DNA of 54,621 nt from Octopus bimaculoides (Eukaryota), in assembly GCF_001194135.2 (NCBI RefSeq), contig NC_068983.1:24301573-24356193 (forward strand), read 5' to 3'. The translations under genes were made by a program, and so were the position numbers. Shown here one piece after another: positions 13,620-27,231 of this stretch. Numbering within the stretch: position 1 is the first letter of the stretch; every line of letters starts with the position of its first letter. The notes under the pieces are model-generated. The model was not told the DNA's origin. It was given only the letters and a program-made list of their open reading frames with translations, and searched no databases.

Positions 13620-14090
13620 GGATGTTTATGACCTGTGGACAGGATACAAGTAACAAAGTCTAAGAAAGTGTATCTGTAAAAATCGAGCAAGCTGTTTTAA
13701 ATACGGAGCATTAAGATGAAAAGCTAATCATGTTAAAAGGAATTGGATTAACTGCAGTGAACTAGTTTAAATCAAACTGCTTTAGGGATCTTTGGCTGTA
13801 ATAGCAACTCAAGAGTCTCGGAAAAGATTAATAATGGTTTATAGCTTGAAGGAGTTGACTTTCCGAAAATTTCTTTTTTTAACTTTATGATTAAGAAGCT
13901 AGTAACTAAATATATCACTGGTTGATGAGAACAATCATTATCTTTGTTTTTAAAGAGTTCTCTAGATTTACCTGCAAACAATGCTTTCTACAAAGAAGAA
14001 TTCAAGAATCTGTTGACTTAAGTACTGGCACTGATTTCCATAGTAATAAATGCTTTGGTACTTATATACTTTCACTTTTATTGTACGCTG
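13620..14090 (-). mobile_element. Ancient LINE RT relic (CR1/L2-like N-terminal RT region)
   Basis: Weak similarity by eye: ISTKAF...FLNSSL*KALF...KSTPSSYKPLLIFSETLE resembles the generic L..LFN.SL..G.FP...K..P.NYRPIS.L..SKLLE pattern. Confidence 0.4.
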
Positions 14091-14655
14091 GTTCATTGAA
14101 ATGCTAATAATCTTTTTATCTGTAATAATATTTGCAAACAACTTTCCTGAAAACTCAAGTAGCGTCATTGATCATTTTGGTGCTTAAAATTCTCAGACCA
14201 ATCTCTAATATTCTGATAAGGCAGTTTTATTTGAAAAGGAGAAAAAAAAAAAAAGAAGAGGCGATAAATACATTTTTGTGGAGTGTGATTTTTAAAGTAG
14301 TTGACTATTATTTTTGTTTCCATAAAAGAGAATTGGGCAAACTGTTGAATGCAAATAGATAGTAAATTACTGGTGTAAATAGCTGGGTAAAATACTTGAT
14401 TTAACTTGTGTAAATAGAATATTTTGACTGATGCAATAAAATTGCTTATTTGACTTGTGTAATAGAATTTTTAACATAGTTTCTGTAACGGACTTGTCTT
14501 TTTTTNNNNNNNNNNNNNNNNNNNNNNNNNNNNNNNNNNNNNNNNNNNNNNNNNNNNNNNNNNNNNNNNNNNNNNNNNNNNNNNNNNNNNNNNNNNNNNN
14601 NNNNNNNNNNNNNNNNNNNNNNNNNNNNNNNNNNNNNNNNNNNNNNNNNNNNNNN

Positions 14656-14925
14656 CATTACCACCACCACTACCACCACCATCACCACCACCACCACCAC
14701 CATCACTACCACCACCACCACCACCACCACCACCACCACCACCGTCATCATCATTATTAAATTCATCATCATTGTGTTCACCATTACCATTATGTTCATC
14801 ATTATCATTATGTTCATCTCCATCATTAAATTCAGCATCATCATTAAATTAATCATTATCATTATATTCAGCATTATCATTATTTTCATCATTGTTATCT
14901 TCATCATTATATTTATCATGTGTCT
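14656..14925. repeat. (CAC)n/(CAT)n trinucleotide microsatellite array
   Basis: Directly visible; source of the poly-His/Ile/Met pseudo-ORFs. Confidence 0.95.
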
Positions 14926-16029
14926 GAATTTCCATGGTTATGATTTGAAAAATCTGCAAAATAACTTATCTTCATTTGTCATTATCTCTTGGTGAATTAC
15001 TGACATACTCTCTTATCTCTCTATATTAACCATTTCATTCTGCATCCTCCTGAAATTATATCTAATCTAGCACTCCTCTAAGCTTGCACAGCAACATATA
15101 CAATCTGTTTTCTACATCTCTTCTCAGTACAACTGTGATAGACTTTTCTGGCAAAACACACACACGTAAAAAAAAAAAACTAAAAAACTTCATCAAACCT
15201 CAGTCGATGCCAGTCAGTCTTAATTCCTCATTTCAGCTAAGTCTCTTACTCAGATTCATATTATACATTCAAAGTGTATTTCTAAATATTGTCCAAAAGT
15301 AGTTTATTTGTATTAGATCTTTCACAATGAACTCTTCAAGTTCTTTCCTGTCTGATACAGAATTTCATTCTTTCTGTCTCTGCTACTGCTATTCATTTTT
15401 GTAAATATCCTACTTCATTCTAGCCTTATCATTCTCATCATTTATTGTTTATTCTAGATTACAAATAAACATCAATTTTAATATTGATTACTTTCTTAGA
15501 CACAAAGCCAAAATCGTTTTTTTTCTTTTTTTTTTTACTTTTCATATTTTTTCCATTTTCTTTTGAAAGGCAAGAGGAAATGATTGGTATGATCCCAATA
15601 AATTCTTAGTATTTTGGCATTTATTTTAGCTACAGTGAAGATTATGGAAGGCTATAACTAACCTCAACAGGATATTGAAATGATATTTTTTTAAGTATTT
15701 TTCTTTTTTACCCAATTAATATTGGAGTTGTCAATTGTATCCCAGATGTTCAGGAAAACCTTGCAAAATCATCTAAATCAAATTCAATGACAGGGATTCA
15801 AGTATAGAATAATGGCATTAGCTTGATACTATCAATCATATATTGTTAGTCAAGGTCAGAAGTGAAGATATTGTATGGGATATGCCAGAAATACAAGCCA
15901 TCCACCAGTAGTTAGTTGGCTGTGCATGCATGTTTATTTTCACTTCCATCAAAATCATAAGTATTATAATTTTAATTAAAGAATTTTTTTTTTATTATGA
16001 CATTAATGACCACTTTAAAATACTTGCAA

Positions 16030-16560
16030 CTGTATAACTTGAAGTGAACCAAACATAACTTGGCATAATTACACTATAAACAGTGTTTTTACAGCAAAGA
16101 TTCTATATGATAATTAAACAGCTGTGGCCAAGTTTGTAATTTAAACTTCAAAGTTGCCTTTGTAGATCTTCAGAAAGAACAGCTTTAAGTATATATATCA
16201 CTGACAAAAGAGAAACTTTAGATTATTTCAATTTGGAAATCTTCCTGACAGGTGCCAATCTATGTCCAGTTACCTCAAGATTGAATTATTTATACCAGAA
16301 AGATAAGAAAACTTGCTTTGTCAGTGGCTACAAGCCAGTAACATATTGAATTTGAGGTCAGTTTATTATTCTAGTCAATAACTTTTAACTCTTATATGTC
16401 AATTACAAAGCAATAGATGAGACATTTTTCTTAATTACAACTCCTGATAAGAATACCGGCATGGTATAGATATTTCAGTCTTGGGAAAGGAAATTAGGTT
16501 CAATTGCTATTTGCACAACAGATTTATCTTTCAGATTTTCTGACAGTTAGTGCCAATACA
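16030..16560 (+). mobile_element. Ancient LINE RT relic (RTE-like)
   Basis: IIKQL...KVAFVDLQK (cf. AFVDL.KAFD), then RETL...RLNYLYQ...VSG, then LLFAQQIYL (cf. LLFADD..L), in the expected order with frameshifts. Confidence 0.5.
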
Positions 16561-17429
16561 AATATTGAAACTGTTATATTTAGTTAGCATGGTTGAGAAG
16601 ATAGATGTTGTTGTTTAGCCCCAGGTCAGCTGTGATTGAGCAGATGTCTAAATCAACAGCTTCCCACCTTTGATAATTCTATCTTATTTATCTAGGACTA
16701 TATAAATCTAATTGGCAGAGTCATTAAAGTGTCGGATTGATTGTCTTGCAGTAATCACCCTGACTCTGTGTTCTGGGTTCAAATACCACTGCATCAACTT
16801 TGTTTTACATCATTTCAGGGTTGATTGATAAACTACCTGTAAATGATTTTCCATTTTTTCATGAGTTAGATGGAATTTATTGAGATATACTTTCTATAGC
16901 CTGATGTTCTTTCCTGTCACCAACATTCACCTGTTTCCAAGTGTGGTGATATTTTTCCCTAGTCTGGACATATTTCTGTGTGTGTGAGGGTGATGCGTGT
17001 TTACAATTAAAGCAATGTATCAAGGCTAGGAACTAGAAGCACACACACACACACAAACACACCATTGCATACATACACTTACCCACACACACACATATGA
17101 TGTGCTTCTTTTCTTAGATTAACTCTCACCAGATTCATTTACAGAGCCTTGATCAATCTGGTGCTATAGTACAACTTTTTGACACTTATGCATAATAAAC
17201 ATTCCAGTTGCAGTTGAAAGAAAGAATCAAAATAAATACGAATAGATAAGCCGTTCATTTAAATTATCATTCATATTTGCTTCAGCCATTGAACTGTAGC
17301 CATACAGGGATATGACCCTCAAAGGTTTAGTTGGTCAAATAAACCACAGTACAGATTTTTTAAAAGTCTGTTACTTATTCTATCAGTTCTCATGCCAAAC
17401 TGCTAAGTTACATAGATGTAAACAAAACA

Positions 17430-17649
17430 AGGCGGCGAGCTGGCAGAAATGTTAGCACACCGGGTGAAATGCTTAGTGGTATTTTGTTCTGAGTTCAAAT
17501 TCCGCTGAGGTCGACTTTGTCTTTCATCCTTTCAGGGTAGATAAATAACGTACCAGTTATGCACTGGGGTCGATGTAATTGACTTAATCCCTTTTTCTGT
17601 CCTTGTTTGTCTCCTCTATGTTTAGCCCCTTGTGGGCAATAAAGAAATA
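17430..17649 (+). mobile_element. SINE family 2, nested in a family 1 SINE, with 16-bp TSD
   Basis: Head aggcggcgagctggcagaa...gagttcaaattcc (A/B-box-like) and central ttgtctttcatcctttcagggtagataa. TSD agatgtaaacaaaaca at 17414-17429 and 17650-17665. Confidence 0.85.
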
Positions 17650-18779
17650 AGATGTAAACAAAACAGCACCAGTTGTCAAGCAGTGGGAAAGCTAAACACA
17701 GACATATGCATACACACACAGACACACAGGTATATATGTATGATTGGCTTCCATGCAGTTTCCATCTATTAAATTCACTCTCAAGGCATTGGTTAACTCA
17801 GGGTTATCATAGTAGAAGATACTTGCCTAAGGCGCCACACAGTGGGATTCAACTCAAATGCACATGGTGGCAAAGCAAACTTCTTAATCACACAGCCACG
17901 CTTATGACTAGAGCAAGTTTCAAATAACATTCAGCACCTCATACCAGTTTGGTGTCGGAGCATCTTTTATTGTTTTTTTTGCATCAAAATGCCAACAGCT
18001 TCTGAAAGGAATATATATGTTGAGCTTCAGCTTGCAGTGAACATTTTTAGTGTGTTTTTAACATTAAAATTACATAGAGCTGCTCAGGTTTTAAAATATA
18101 TTGACAGATGTGAACATTTGAGGAATGTTAGTACTTAAAATGGCTACCTGAACCAGTTTGTTCAGCCATGAAATGCAACTGTATATGGATTATGGTTAAA
18201 TGCTGGAATGAAATTTGTCCAAATTATCTGGAAATTTTATAGCTTATATAATAGCTTTCAAAGTAATTTCACATTATTTACTCCTCAAGAAGCTGGAAAA
18301 TATGCATTTTTGGAAAATGTACAAATATGATACTGAAATTTTCCTCAAAACCATTACTGGCTACAATAATTTGAATTGCTATAATAGATATGAGATGCTT
18401 GTGTTGCAGTTTTTCTCAGCATCTGCATTATGAGGTATGTAGTTGCAGTAATGAAATACAATGGTGCTTATTTACAAGAAAATAATTCTTTTGTGGTTAC
18501 TCAATCAAAAGTACTCTAAGTCACATCTTACCATATTAAAGGAAGACACATTAAGTGATGTATTTCCAGATGCTCTACATCTGAATACAAGATGAGGTGG
18601 TCAAAGCTGGAATGCCTTTGATCAGGTGTCTGCTCTCTCTGGTATTTAATAAAATAACTTTGTCATTATTAAACCGGTGTTTGGAATGTAACATGAAATT
18701 TTGATGGAAGGTTTTAAATGGTAAGTTTGTACCATAGAATCAGGGGTGGTCTCAGGCAGGCTGGTATCAAAAAAGTTAA

Positions 18780-18990
18780 AGTGGTTCTCAACTGGGATTC
18801 ATATAGCCCTTAGGGGTCCCTGTAATATTTTGTTACAATACACAAAATATTTTAATAATTTTTTTTTTAATACAGTTCCTAACAATATAATGTAATTTGA
18901 TTTGGTAACACGTCGAATGGCAAGGAGGATCCATCTAAATAAAATAGTAACCAAGGGGATCCATAGGTAGAAGATGGTTGAGAAACACTG
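18780..18990. mobile_element. hAT-like MITE
   Basis: Ends agtggttctcaac ... gttgagaaacactg form terminal inverted repeats of the CAGTGGTTCTCAA type; no ORF. Confidence 0.65.
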
Positions 18991-19141
18991 AGCTAAACAA
19001 AAGAACTTCTTTACAGCTTGGCATACCGAACTATTGAGGGTTGAGTGTCTTTGTCAAGGACACAGAACAACACTGACAAGATAAAACTGTCAGCACTCAC
19101 TTGACAACATCATAATGACCTAGCTTTCTGTTACTCTCAAT

Positions 19142-19176
<35 letters not shown>

Positions 19177-20875
19177 CATTAAATCAATGGGAAATTAAGA
19201 AATAATTTGATGTGTTTTGGAACTGAGGTCAGTTGGAATACTATGCTATATATATATATACATGGCATTATATGAGCCAAGATAATCCATGCTAATAAGT
19301 GTTGTGGCAGTTACTAGCTTAATTGGAAATTTTAGATGTCACAATTAAATTTTATATGAAATTTGATAGCATAGATATCAAAAGGTAGATAAGATTTCAG
19401 CAATTATTTGGAAGTGATCCTATCTAAAGATTCATGACTGTCTTGAATATGCAGTATATTATGTAAATAATTTAATAATCAGTAGAAGTTTAACTTATAA
19501 ACCTAGTTAAAGTCAATTCTTTTTTAAATACTAATTGAGTCCATAAGGCATTTTGGTTTTGTGTATGTGTATATATATTTGTGTGTGTGTAAATGTAAGA
19601 TCCAAGGATTGAGGTGTAGAAAGAGTGTGAGTTTTAAGCAATCCATAGAAAATATTTAAAAAATCAACTTTCAGGAACAATAGAAGTTTATTGGAGTGGA
19701 AAGTTGTGGATTTTTTCCATATCGAAGTATAAGCTGAAAAAAACAAAACAAATGTTATATCTCATGATAGGCAGCCAAGCTTGCATGGTATGCAAATAAA
19801 AATCCAAGCGTTAAGGAATGGAGTAGATAAAATCCGGGATACATATGTTTCATAGCGATTAGAGCCTCAGAAGTGGTTAATATCCAAGCGAGATGTATAC
19901 CACAGGCTACTCTTCTGATCAAATCCTGCATGTGTTAGTTTTCACCTATGTTAAACTTACTCTCACATATTATTTAAACACATACAGACAAACACGTATA
20001 TATCTTATATCTTTTACTTGTTTCAGTCATTGGATTGCAGCCATGGTGGGGCACTACCTTGAAGGGTTTAGTTGAACAAATCAATCCTCAGTACTTATTG
20101 CAAACCAACACCAGCTGTCAAGCAGTGGTGGGAGACTAACACAAATATATCACACATAGATATGACCCCCCCCGCCACCATCACATATATCATCTTTCAG
20201 TTTTTGTCTTATAAATCCACTCACAAGGCTTTGGTTAGCCCAAAGGCTATAGTAGAAGACGCTTGCCCAAGATGCCTCACAGTGGGACTGAACCTGGAAC
20301 CATATGGTTGAGAAGCAAACTTCTTATCACACAGCCGCAGTATTCAAGTGCACTGTCATGCATACATATATATACCATAATTTATTGCAGTCAATGTCTT
20401 TCACAGCAGTAAGATTAATATCACATTATTCACTGAGCATAATAAGGTGCATGTATTTGAATAATGAGATGATATGACTCAGCTATATTGGACTTTGAAG
20501 AGGCATTAAAGAGGGTGTTAATCAAGTGCCTATTTGTTAACTTTGTAATCTAGGGCAATAGAATTGCAAGGCTTGCTTGCTGAGACAATGAAATACCTCA
20601 TTAGCTGGGTGATTAGAAATATTATCTTCTCAGTCATTTGAGCCGTGTAAGCACTTGTGATAAAGAAAAGCAAAAATGGTTAATGTGTCTCCAAGAACCA
20701 CAGGAGCTCATAAAGCCAGGGGCTTATCACTGAATTCAGTATCATGAAATAAATGTGAGAGAAATCTGTGCAATTTCAGTTGTAAATAACATGCCCTGAA
20801 GTATTATCTAGTGCTGATTCTTCAGCATATTAGTGAACTGAGGCACATAGAATAGAATTTAATAAAGTATCTTGA

Positions 20876-20995
20876 AAGAAGAAAATATCTGCTGTAAATA
20901 TAAGTAAGAAGGAAATATCTGCAGTAAATTTGAGGAAGAAGAAAGTATCTGCAGTAAATGTGAGAAAGAAGAAAATATCTGCAGTAAATACGAAC
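20876..20995. repeat. 30-bp minisatellite, 4 copies
   Basis: The unit aagaagaaaatatctgcagtaaat-N6 repeats at 20876, 20906, 20936 and 20966. Confidence 0.9.
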
Positions 20996-21823
20996 TCACA
21001 GTCTAAGAGCTCTTAGTCTCATTATCTTATCAGTTCATCCATTTTACTTCTATAGTTATGTACAAGTTATAGAAGTTTTATCTTGTCTATCACATTAAAT
21101 TTCTTGACTTACCTTGCTAATTTATTGCAGATAATTTCTGCAATTTTCTCATCAAAATCAAGCTGCTGTGTTCTCTGTTGTTATATTGTGACTATTGTAA
21201 GGTGAATTCTACAGTAAATTTAGATTATTGATTAAGTTTTGTTTGACAGAAAGTAAGCATGTATATGTATATATGCTGCAATAGTTAACTACGTCTTGAC
21301 AGCTAACCTGTGCAGGCGTTCAGACCACATGAAAGGGAGATTTACATGTTGTTGTGTCATACAGCTTCCTGCTGTGTGATAATTGTGTTCTATTTTACTG
21401 GGAAAGAATTCAAACTTATTGATATAAACTGGTTGTTTATATAGCTTCAGTTTGATTTATTGTCATATTTGCAAGGTTTTTTATTGTTCAAATATGGTTG
21501 TAAACTTAAGACTTGTTAAATGAAAGAAGAGATGACTTGTAATGTTTATATTCTTGCCTTAGGCATTAGCTACATAAATGAATTAGTTTCAGCTTGGGAA
21601 ACAAACTGATCAGTAAACATTGTTTGTTTTTTTAATAAAATTTATCACAACCCAACAAAATAAAGGTAACAAAGAAGAATATTAACTTCTTATACGCACA
21701 GCGAGATTTAAATATATAGGTGAAATGGAAATGTGATGTTGTGGTACTCATGTTAGTATAGAGAGTGAATAATGAGTCCATATAGAAATCATGCAGCCAT
21801 AGCATAGCATGTATGGTTGAAAA

Positions 21824-21985
21824 TCATCATCATTGTCATTGTCATCATCATCATGATCATCATTGTTGTCACCATCATCATTGTCATAATCGTCATCGTC
21901 ATCATCATCGTCATCGTTGCCGTTGTTGCCATCATCAGCATCATCATCATCATCATCATTGTCATTGTTGTTGTCATCATTAAAC
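21824..21985. repeat. (CAT)n-rich microsatellite, partly an RTE tail
   Basis: Degenerate CAT/CGT/TGT triplets followed by an RTE 3'-end-like sequence (ttaaacatctgttttctatgcaggcatgg). Confidence 0.85.
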
Positions 21986-23861
21986 ATCTGTTTTCTATGC
22001 AGGCATGGTAGGATGGTTTGACAGGATCCAGCAAACTGCGGGGCCGCATTGAGCCCCAATTCCAGCTTTGGCATGGTTTCTATGGCTGGTTGCCCTTCCT
22101 AATTCTGTCCATTTTACAGAGTGCCATTGGCACAAGTGAGGTCACGAAGCAGTTTATAAGATGAGGAAGAGAGAAGGTGGAAAAGGGAAAAGCCTCTTCA
22201 ACTAAATGGTGAGGTGGGGATGGTTCCATGCCTGGTGTTGAGAGGCTAGAGTGTGATGGAAGGACATGCCTAGGTGTCAGATACAAGGCTACCCGCATTT
22301 ATGTTTTGCGATAACATAGTTCCAGGTTCAATATCACTGCATAGCACCTTGGGAAAGTATATCTTTTTTACTTTAGCCCTAGTTAAATTGATGCAAGCCT
22401 TGTAAGTGAAATTGAGTATGGGTGGACAGAAACTGTGTTTAAGCCTGTCAAATTGGACTCTATACCTGTTTTTGGTGGAAGACGTAATTTGATTTAACCC
22501 TTTTCATACCAACCCACTTGAACCTGCCTTTGGTTCTANNNNNNNNNNNNNNNNNNNNNNNNNNNNNNNNNNNNNNNNNNNNNNNNNNNNNNNNNNNNNN
22601 NNNNNNNNNNNNNNNNNNNNNNNNNNNNNNNNNNNNNNNNNNNNNNNNNNNNNNNNNNNNNNNNNNNNNNNNNNNNNNNNNNNNNNNNNNNNNNNNNNNN
22701 NNNNNNNNNNNNNNNNNNNNNNNNNNNNNNNNNNNNNNNNNNNNNNNNNNNNNNNNNNNNNNNNNNNNNNNNNNNNNNNNNNNNNNNNNNNTATATATAT
22801 ATATATATATATGACTGACTTTTTCAGTTTTCCACTACTAAATCCACTCACAAGCTGGGGTTGACATGCAGTGCGACTGAACCTGGAGCTGTGTGGTTGG
22901 GAATTGAACTTTTTACCACACAACCACACCTGGTTCTGTGGTAGCTAGGTGGTAACAGTTAATAGTACTAACTTCACTTTGTTACAAATACAGAAGTTGT
23001 GATGTTCATACCTTCCCTAAACACATCAACAATATAAATGTGAAAGGAAACCATTTCCAAAATCACTGTCAGAAATTGAAAATTAGTTACAGATTCTTGT
23101 TTCCTGAGAATCTATTTCTGCATTGCTGCACTGTTTGGCATTGTTCAGATGATGCTGGTTCTGATGCTAATCAACATTTCTTCTAAACCAAGGAAGCATA
23201 GATTGCAAGTCTTGATGGCTTCTCTGCAACATTCGGACGAACTTGACTCCAGGGAATCGGTGTTCCAACACTGATTTGTTTGTTGTTTTAATGCAGTATT
23301 GTTACTTTGATAATGAAAGACCTGCATCATTATTGCATCATAGTTGATAATGAGCAATGTACTAAGAGCTGCACTCGCAAGTGAATAATTCTTGCTTGCT
23401 GCACTTAATAAACTTGCACTCAGTTTAGGAGTAATAAGGTGGTGCTAGAGATGTTTACAGTGATGATGATGATGGTGGTGGTGGTGGTGGTAGTGGTATA
23501 GCTGTCATTATGTCAGCCTTTTACATTGTTGGTTTACATTGATGAAATTTACCCTGTTCTTTTCCACCATACATGTTTCATACGCGAGACTTGTTAATTT
23601 TTGAGATTTGGCCATCTGCTTATTAGAAAACTTAGGCTGAAAACACTGGAATGCTTTCATTGGAAATTGATCTGCTGCCAAATTCTATTGTTTGTAACAA
23701 TTAGTTATTATTAAACACCATTTCCTGTTTGCATTGAAAAGACAAAATGGAAAAGAGAGCAGAAGAAAATGTGAAGATATTTGAAACCAACGGAAAAGGG
23801 GGGGAAAAAAATGATATACCGAAGAAATAAATGATAAATTGAGTTGTCACTGTGTTCTGCT

Positions 23862-23911
<50 letters not shown>

Positions 23912-24239
23912 NNNNNNNNNNNNNNNNNNNNNNNNNNNNNNNNNNNNNNNNNNNNNNNNNNNNNNNNNNNNNNNNNNNNNNNNNNNNNNNNNNNNNNNNN
24001 NNNNNNNNNNNNNNNNNNNNNNNNNNNNNNNNNNNNNNNNNNNNNNNNNNNNNNNNNNNNNNNNNNNNNNNNNNNNNNNNNNNNNNNNNNNNNNNNNNNN
24101 NNNNNNNNNNNNNNNNNNNNNNNNNNNNNNNNNNNNNNNNNNNNNNNNNNNNNNNNNNNNNNNNNNNTCTCTCTCTCTCTCTCTCTCTCACTCTCTCTAT
24201 TTCTCTCTGTCTCTCTGTTATAAAAGATATATTTATGTT

Positions 24240-24276
<37 letters not shown>

Positions 24277-24979
24277 TAATTAAGTTCTAATATTCTAATA
24301 TTGTTAAAACCTCTGACACAGGAAGAGGAAGAATTATATACACACATACACATTCATGTACTTGTGATTACTATATCGACAAACAGACAGACATATTTGA
24401 ATTAGATTATTTTTATCTCTGTCATCTTAATGTATATCTCTCTATGTCTGTGTATGCACATATATAAATGTGTATGTATGCATATCTATATCTATGTATA
24501 TATATATATGTGTGCATATATATATATATGGATGTGTGTATATATGTAAAATAATTTATTGATGAATGAAATTTACATCCAATGGTGACATCCCTGGTGA
24601 TATTTTATGTCCTTTGTGATTATCTTGGCAAATTAAGAAACTTTGTAAATATCATTCATTTTCTATGCAAGTGAAAACTCAGTTATGAAGATAATCTGAT
24701 GTAGACAATTGAAGAAAAAAAAAAGATGTTTTTGATGTCATCTAGATAGTGGAACACACTTAAATATTAGCAATATAATTTGTTCTGAGAGTATCTTATT
24801 AAATCGGTACAACTGGCAGTATTAAAGTTCTCAATAGAGGGTGACATTTATAGGACAACATTTAAAATGAAGATGAGAAGATGAGTTGCATAGGCTTAGA
24901 ATTACTGGCTAGATAACTATACATGTATATATATATGCATGCATACATGCACAAACACAGAGGCACATATGCATATGTG

Positions 24980-25010
<31 letters not shown>

Positions 25011-26187
25011 ATGTGTATATANNNNNNNNNNNNNNNNNNNNNNNNNNNNNNNNNNNNNNNNNNNNNNNNNNNNNNNNNNNNNNNNNNNNNNNNNNNNNNN
25101 NNNNNNNNNNNNNNNNNNNNNATCTGATCTTTTTGTCGTTTCCTTATTTTGCTAGTGTTTGTTTGTGTGTGTATGTGAGAGAGAGAGAGTTAATGAGTAC
25201 ATGTGTTTATGTCTTCTTTTTTTGATGTCCTGTGATACTTGTAAATGTGAATGAGTCACTGTCATCTTAGCATTGTCATTTATTTTTAAAATTTTGCATA
25301 AATGTGTCTAGCCATGGGGAAATATCACCTTGCTTGGAAACAGATTCAAGTTAGCGACAAGAATGACATCTCACCAAAGAAAATCTACACTTGAATAGAT
25401 GACAATTGTCCAAATGCTATGCTGTGGGGTTGATCCCAAAACCACATGACTGGGAAACAAACTTCTCAACCAGTCAGCCACATACAATAAAATGTGTGTC
25501 TATCTGAATGCTTGCATCCAGTATCGCTGCATGAAACTTAGTGAAAGGCAGTGGTGTTATGTTGTCGTTCTTTGTTGATAAACCATTCTTAGTTCAATGC
25601 TTTTGGAGACAAGTATACACAAGACTATCTCTTACTTGAAAATTACAGGCAAATTATTGATAGGAAATTGTTTATGGCTGTAAAATAATTCATCACTATT
25701 AAGTTGTTGTACAACTCGAGCTAGCATGGAAGAACAGATGTTAAAGGAATGAGTATACATTTACTAGCTTCCATCAATTCATTAACAACAAAATCTTATA
25801 TGGGCCCCCAAGGGTCATATGTACCCTGGTTGAGGACCACTGATCTAGGAGAACCTATGAAGTTCATGAGCCTTTCTCTTCCTCTTCTGATCAGGTTATG
25901 ATTAAGAAAAATAGTTTTCTGAAAATATGACAGTACTTTCACTTTTTTTTTAAAGATGGTAGGGTAAATGCATTTACCAGCTTTGGTCAATTCAATGCTA
26001 TGAAAGAGGATAGTGGCACCATGTGTTACACTGTAAATCAGACCAAACCTGGAACCCGAAGCAAATTTTTTAACCACCCAGCCAATGAAATGCTATTTTG
26101 AAAACGCTTCATATGAATCAATACAATCTAATTAGAAGTGAAAAGCAAATAGGGATATTGTTCTCTGTGCAGCCATCTTCTTCTCCA

Positions 26188-26547
26188 TTACATAATTGGA
26201 AACAAACATATGACCCAATATTAGCGAAAATGCTGATAATGAAGGAAAAACAAAAAAAAGAATTTTCTCTACATAGGTTTTTACTATTCAAATGTATTTT
26301 GCTCTATCAGTATTAGAAATACATTTTTTTTTTCTCTGCTAAGTAACAATTTGTGGATGGCTNNNNNNNNNNTTACATAATTGGAAACAAACATATGACC
26401 CAATATTAGCGAAAATGCTGATAATGAAGGAAAAACAAAAAAAAGAATTTTCTCTACATAGGTTTTTACTATTCAAATGTATTTTGCTCTATCAGTATTA
26501 GAAATACATTTTTTTTTTCTCTGCTAAGTAACAATTTGTGGATGGCT
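26188..26547. other. Probable assembly artefact: identical 175-nt duplication across a 10-N gap
   Basis: 26188-26362 is identical by eye to 26373-26547, separated by exactly 10 N. Confidence 0.8.
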
Positions 26548-27231
26548 GTACATTGCATTCTTATTTCTTTGTTTGTTTTTTTTTTTATTTACTTTTTTTT
26601 AACATTTTTTTTGGTAAATGCTTTCATTTTTATTTTGTCTAGAATGATTGACAGAAAAATTTAGACATCTTAGCTTCAATAGTTTTTGAGGTACCAGAAA
26701 GAACACTCAATGAAGCAATCAATGAAGCAATCAGACTAGTTGGTCAAAGCCAGAAGCGCTGCAATTTTTTTTTTTTTCTCGCGGTTGGAGAATGTGGGTT
26801 GAATCATGGTGCTTCATAATAAATGAGACTGATTTTTATTAAAGAAAGACACATATATGGCTGTGTGGTAAAGAAGTTTCCTTCACAACCATGTGGTTTT
26901 GGTTATGTTCTTGTGTAGTACCATGGGTTAGTGTCTTCTACTGTTGCCTTTGGCTCACAACTGCTTGTGAGTGAAACTATCACATGGGTTCAGCATTATA
27001 GATTGTTGTGTGTCTTTGTAATAATGATAATAATAATATAAATAATTTGAGAAAGCAAATTTCCAAATCAATCAGGTGCAACCCTTCAGTGTTCTATGCA
27101 TCTACATATCGTACTTTGGGGTCTTATTTATCGTATATTTATACATTTATCTATAAATATACAAAGTATCTGATAAAAGTCAATATTAATTCAATTTTTG
27201 GGGATTAATCGATATGCGGGTATTCTATTTC

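Noticed and set aside
13954-14058. Apparent exon EFSRFTCKQCFLQRRIQ...
   Set aside because: It is antisense to a weak RT-like relic and has no recognisable domain.
16166-16337. Apparent 172-nt exon (ag|...SSERTALSIYITDKRETLDYF...GYKP|gt) open for 57 codons
   Set aside because: It overlaps AFVDLQK and downstream LLFA motifs of a decayed LINE RT, so it is better explained as a TE relic.
20876-21015. 10-aa repeat reading frame (KKKISAVN..) in the 30-bp minisatellite
   Set aside because: An in-frame TGA lies immediately upstream, with no start codon or splice acceptor. It is also not CRISPR-like: eukaryotic context and no unique spacers.
21250-21252. Possible 3-nt microexon (tttgacag|AAA|gtaagc)
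   Set aside because: Such matches are expected by chance in tens of kb of AT-rich intron, and nothing else supports it.
23149-23274. Candidate terminal exon (DDAGSDANQHFF* or MMLVLM...VFQH*)
   Set aside because: Weak acceptor, no recognisable homology, and the frame cannot be chosen.
26188-26547. 175-bp tandem duplication as a biological event
   Set aside because: The copies are identical and straddle a 10-N placeholder gap, typical of unmerged contig overlap.
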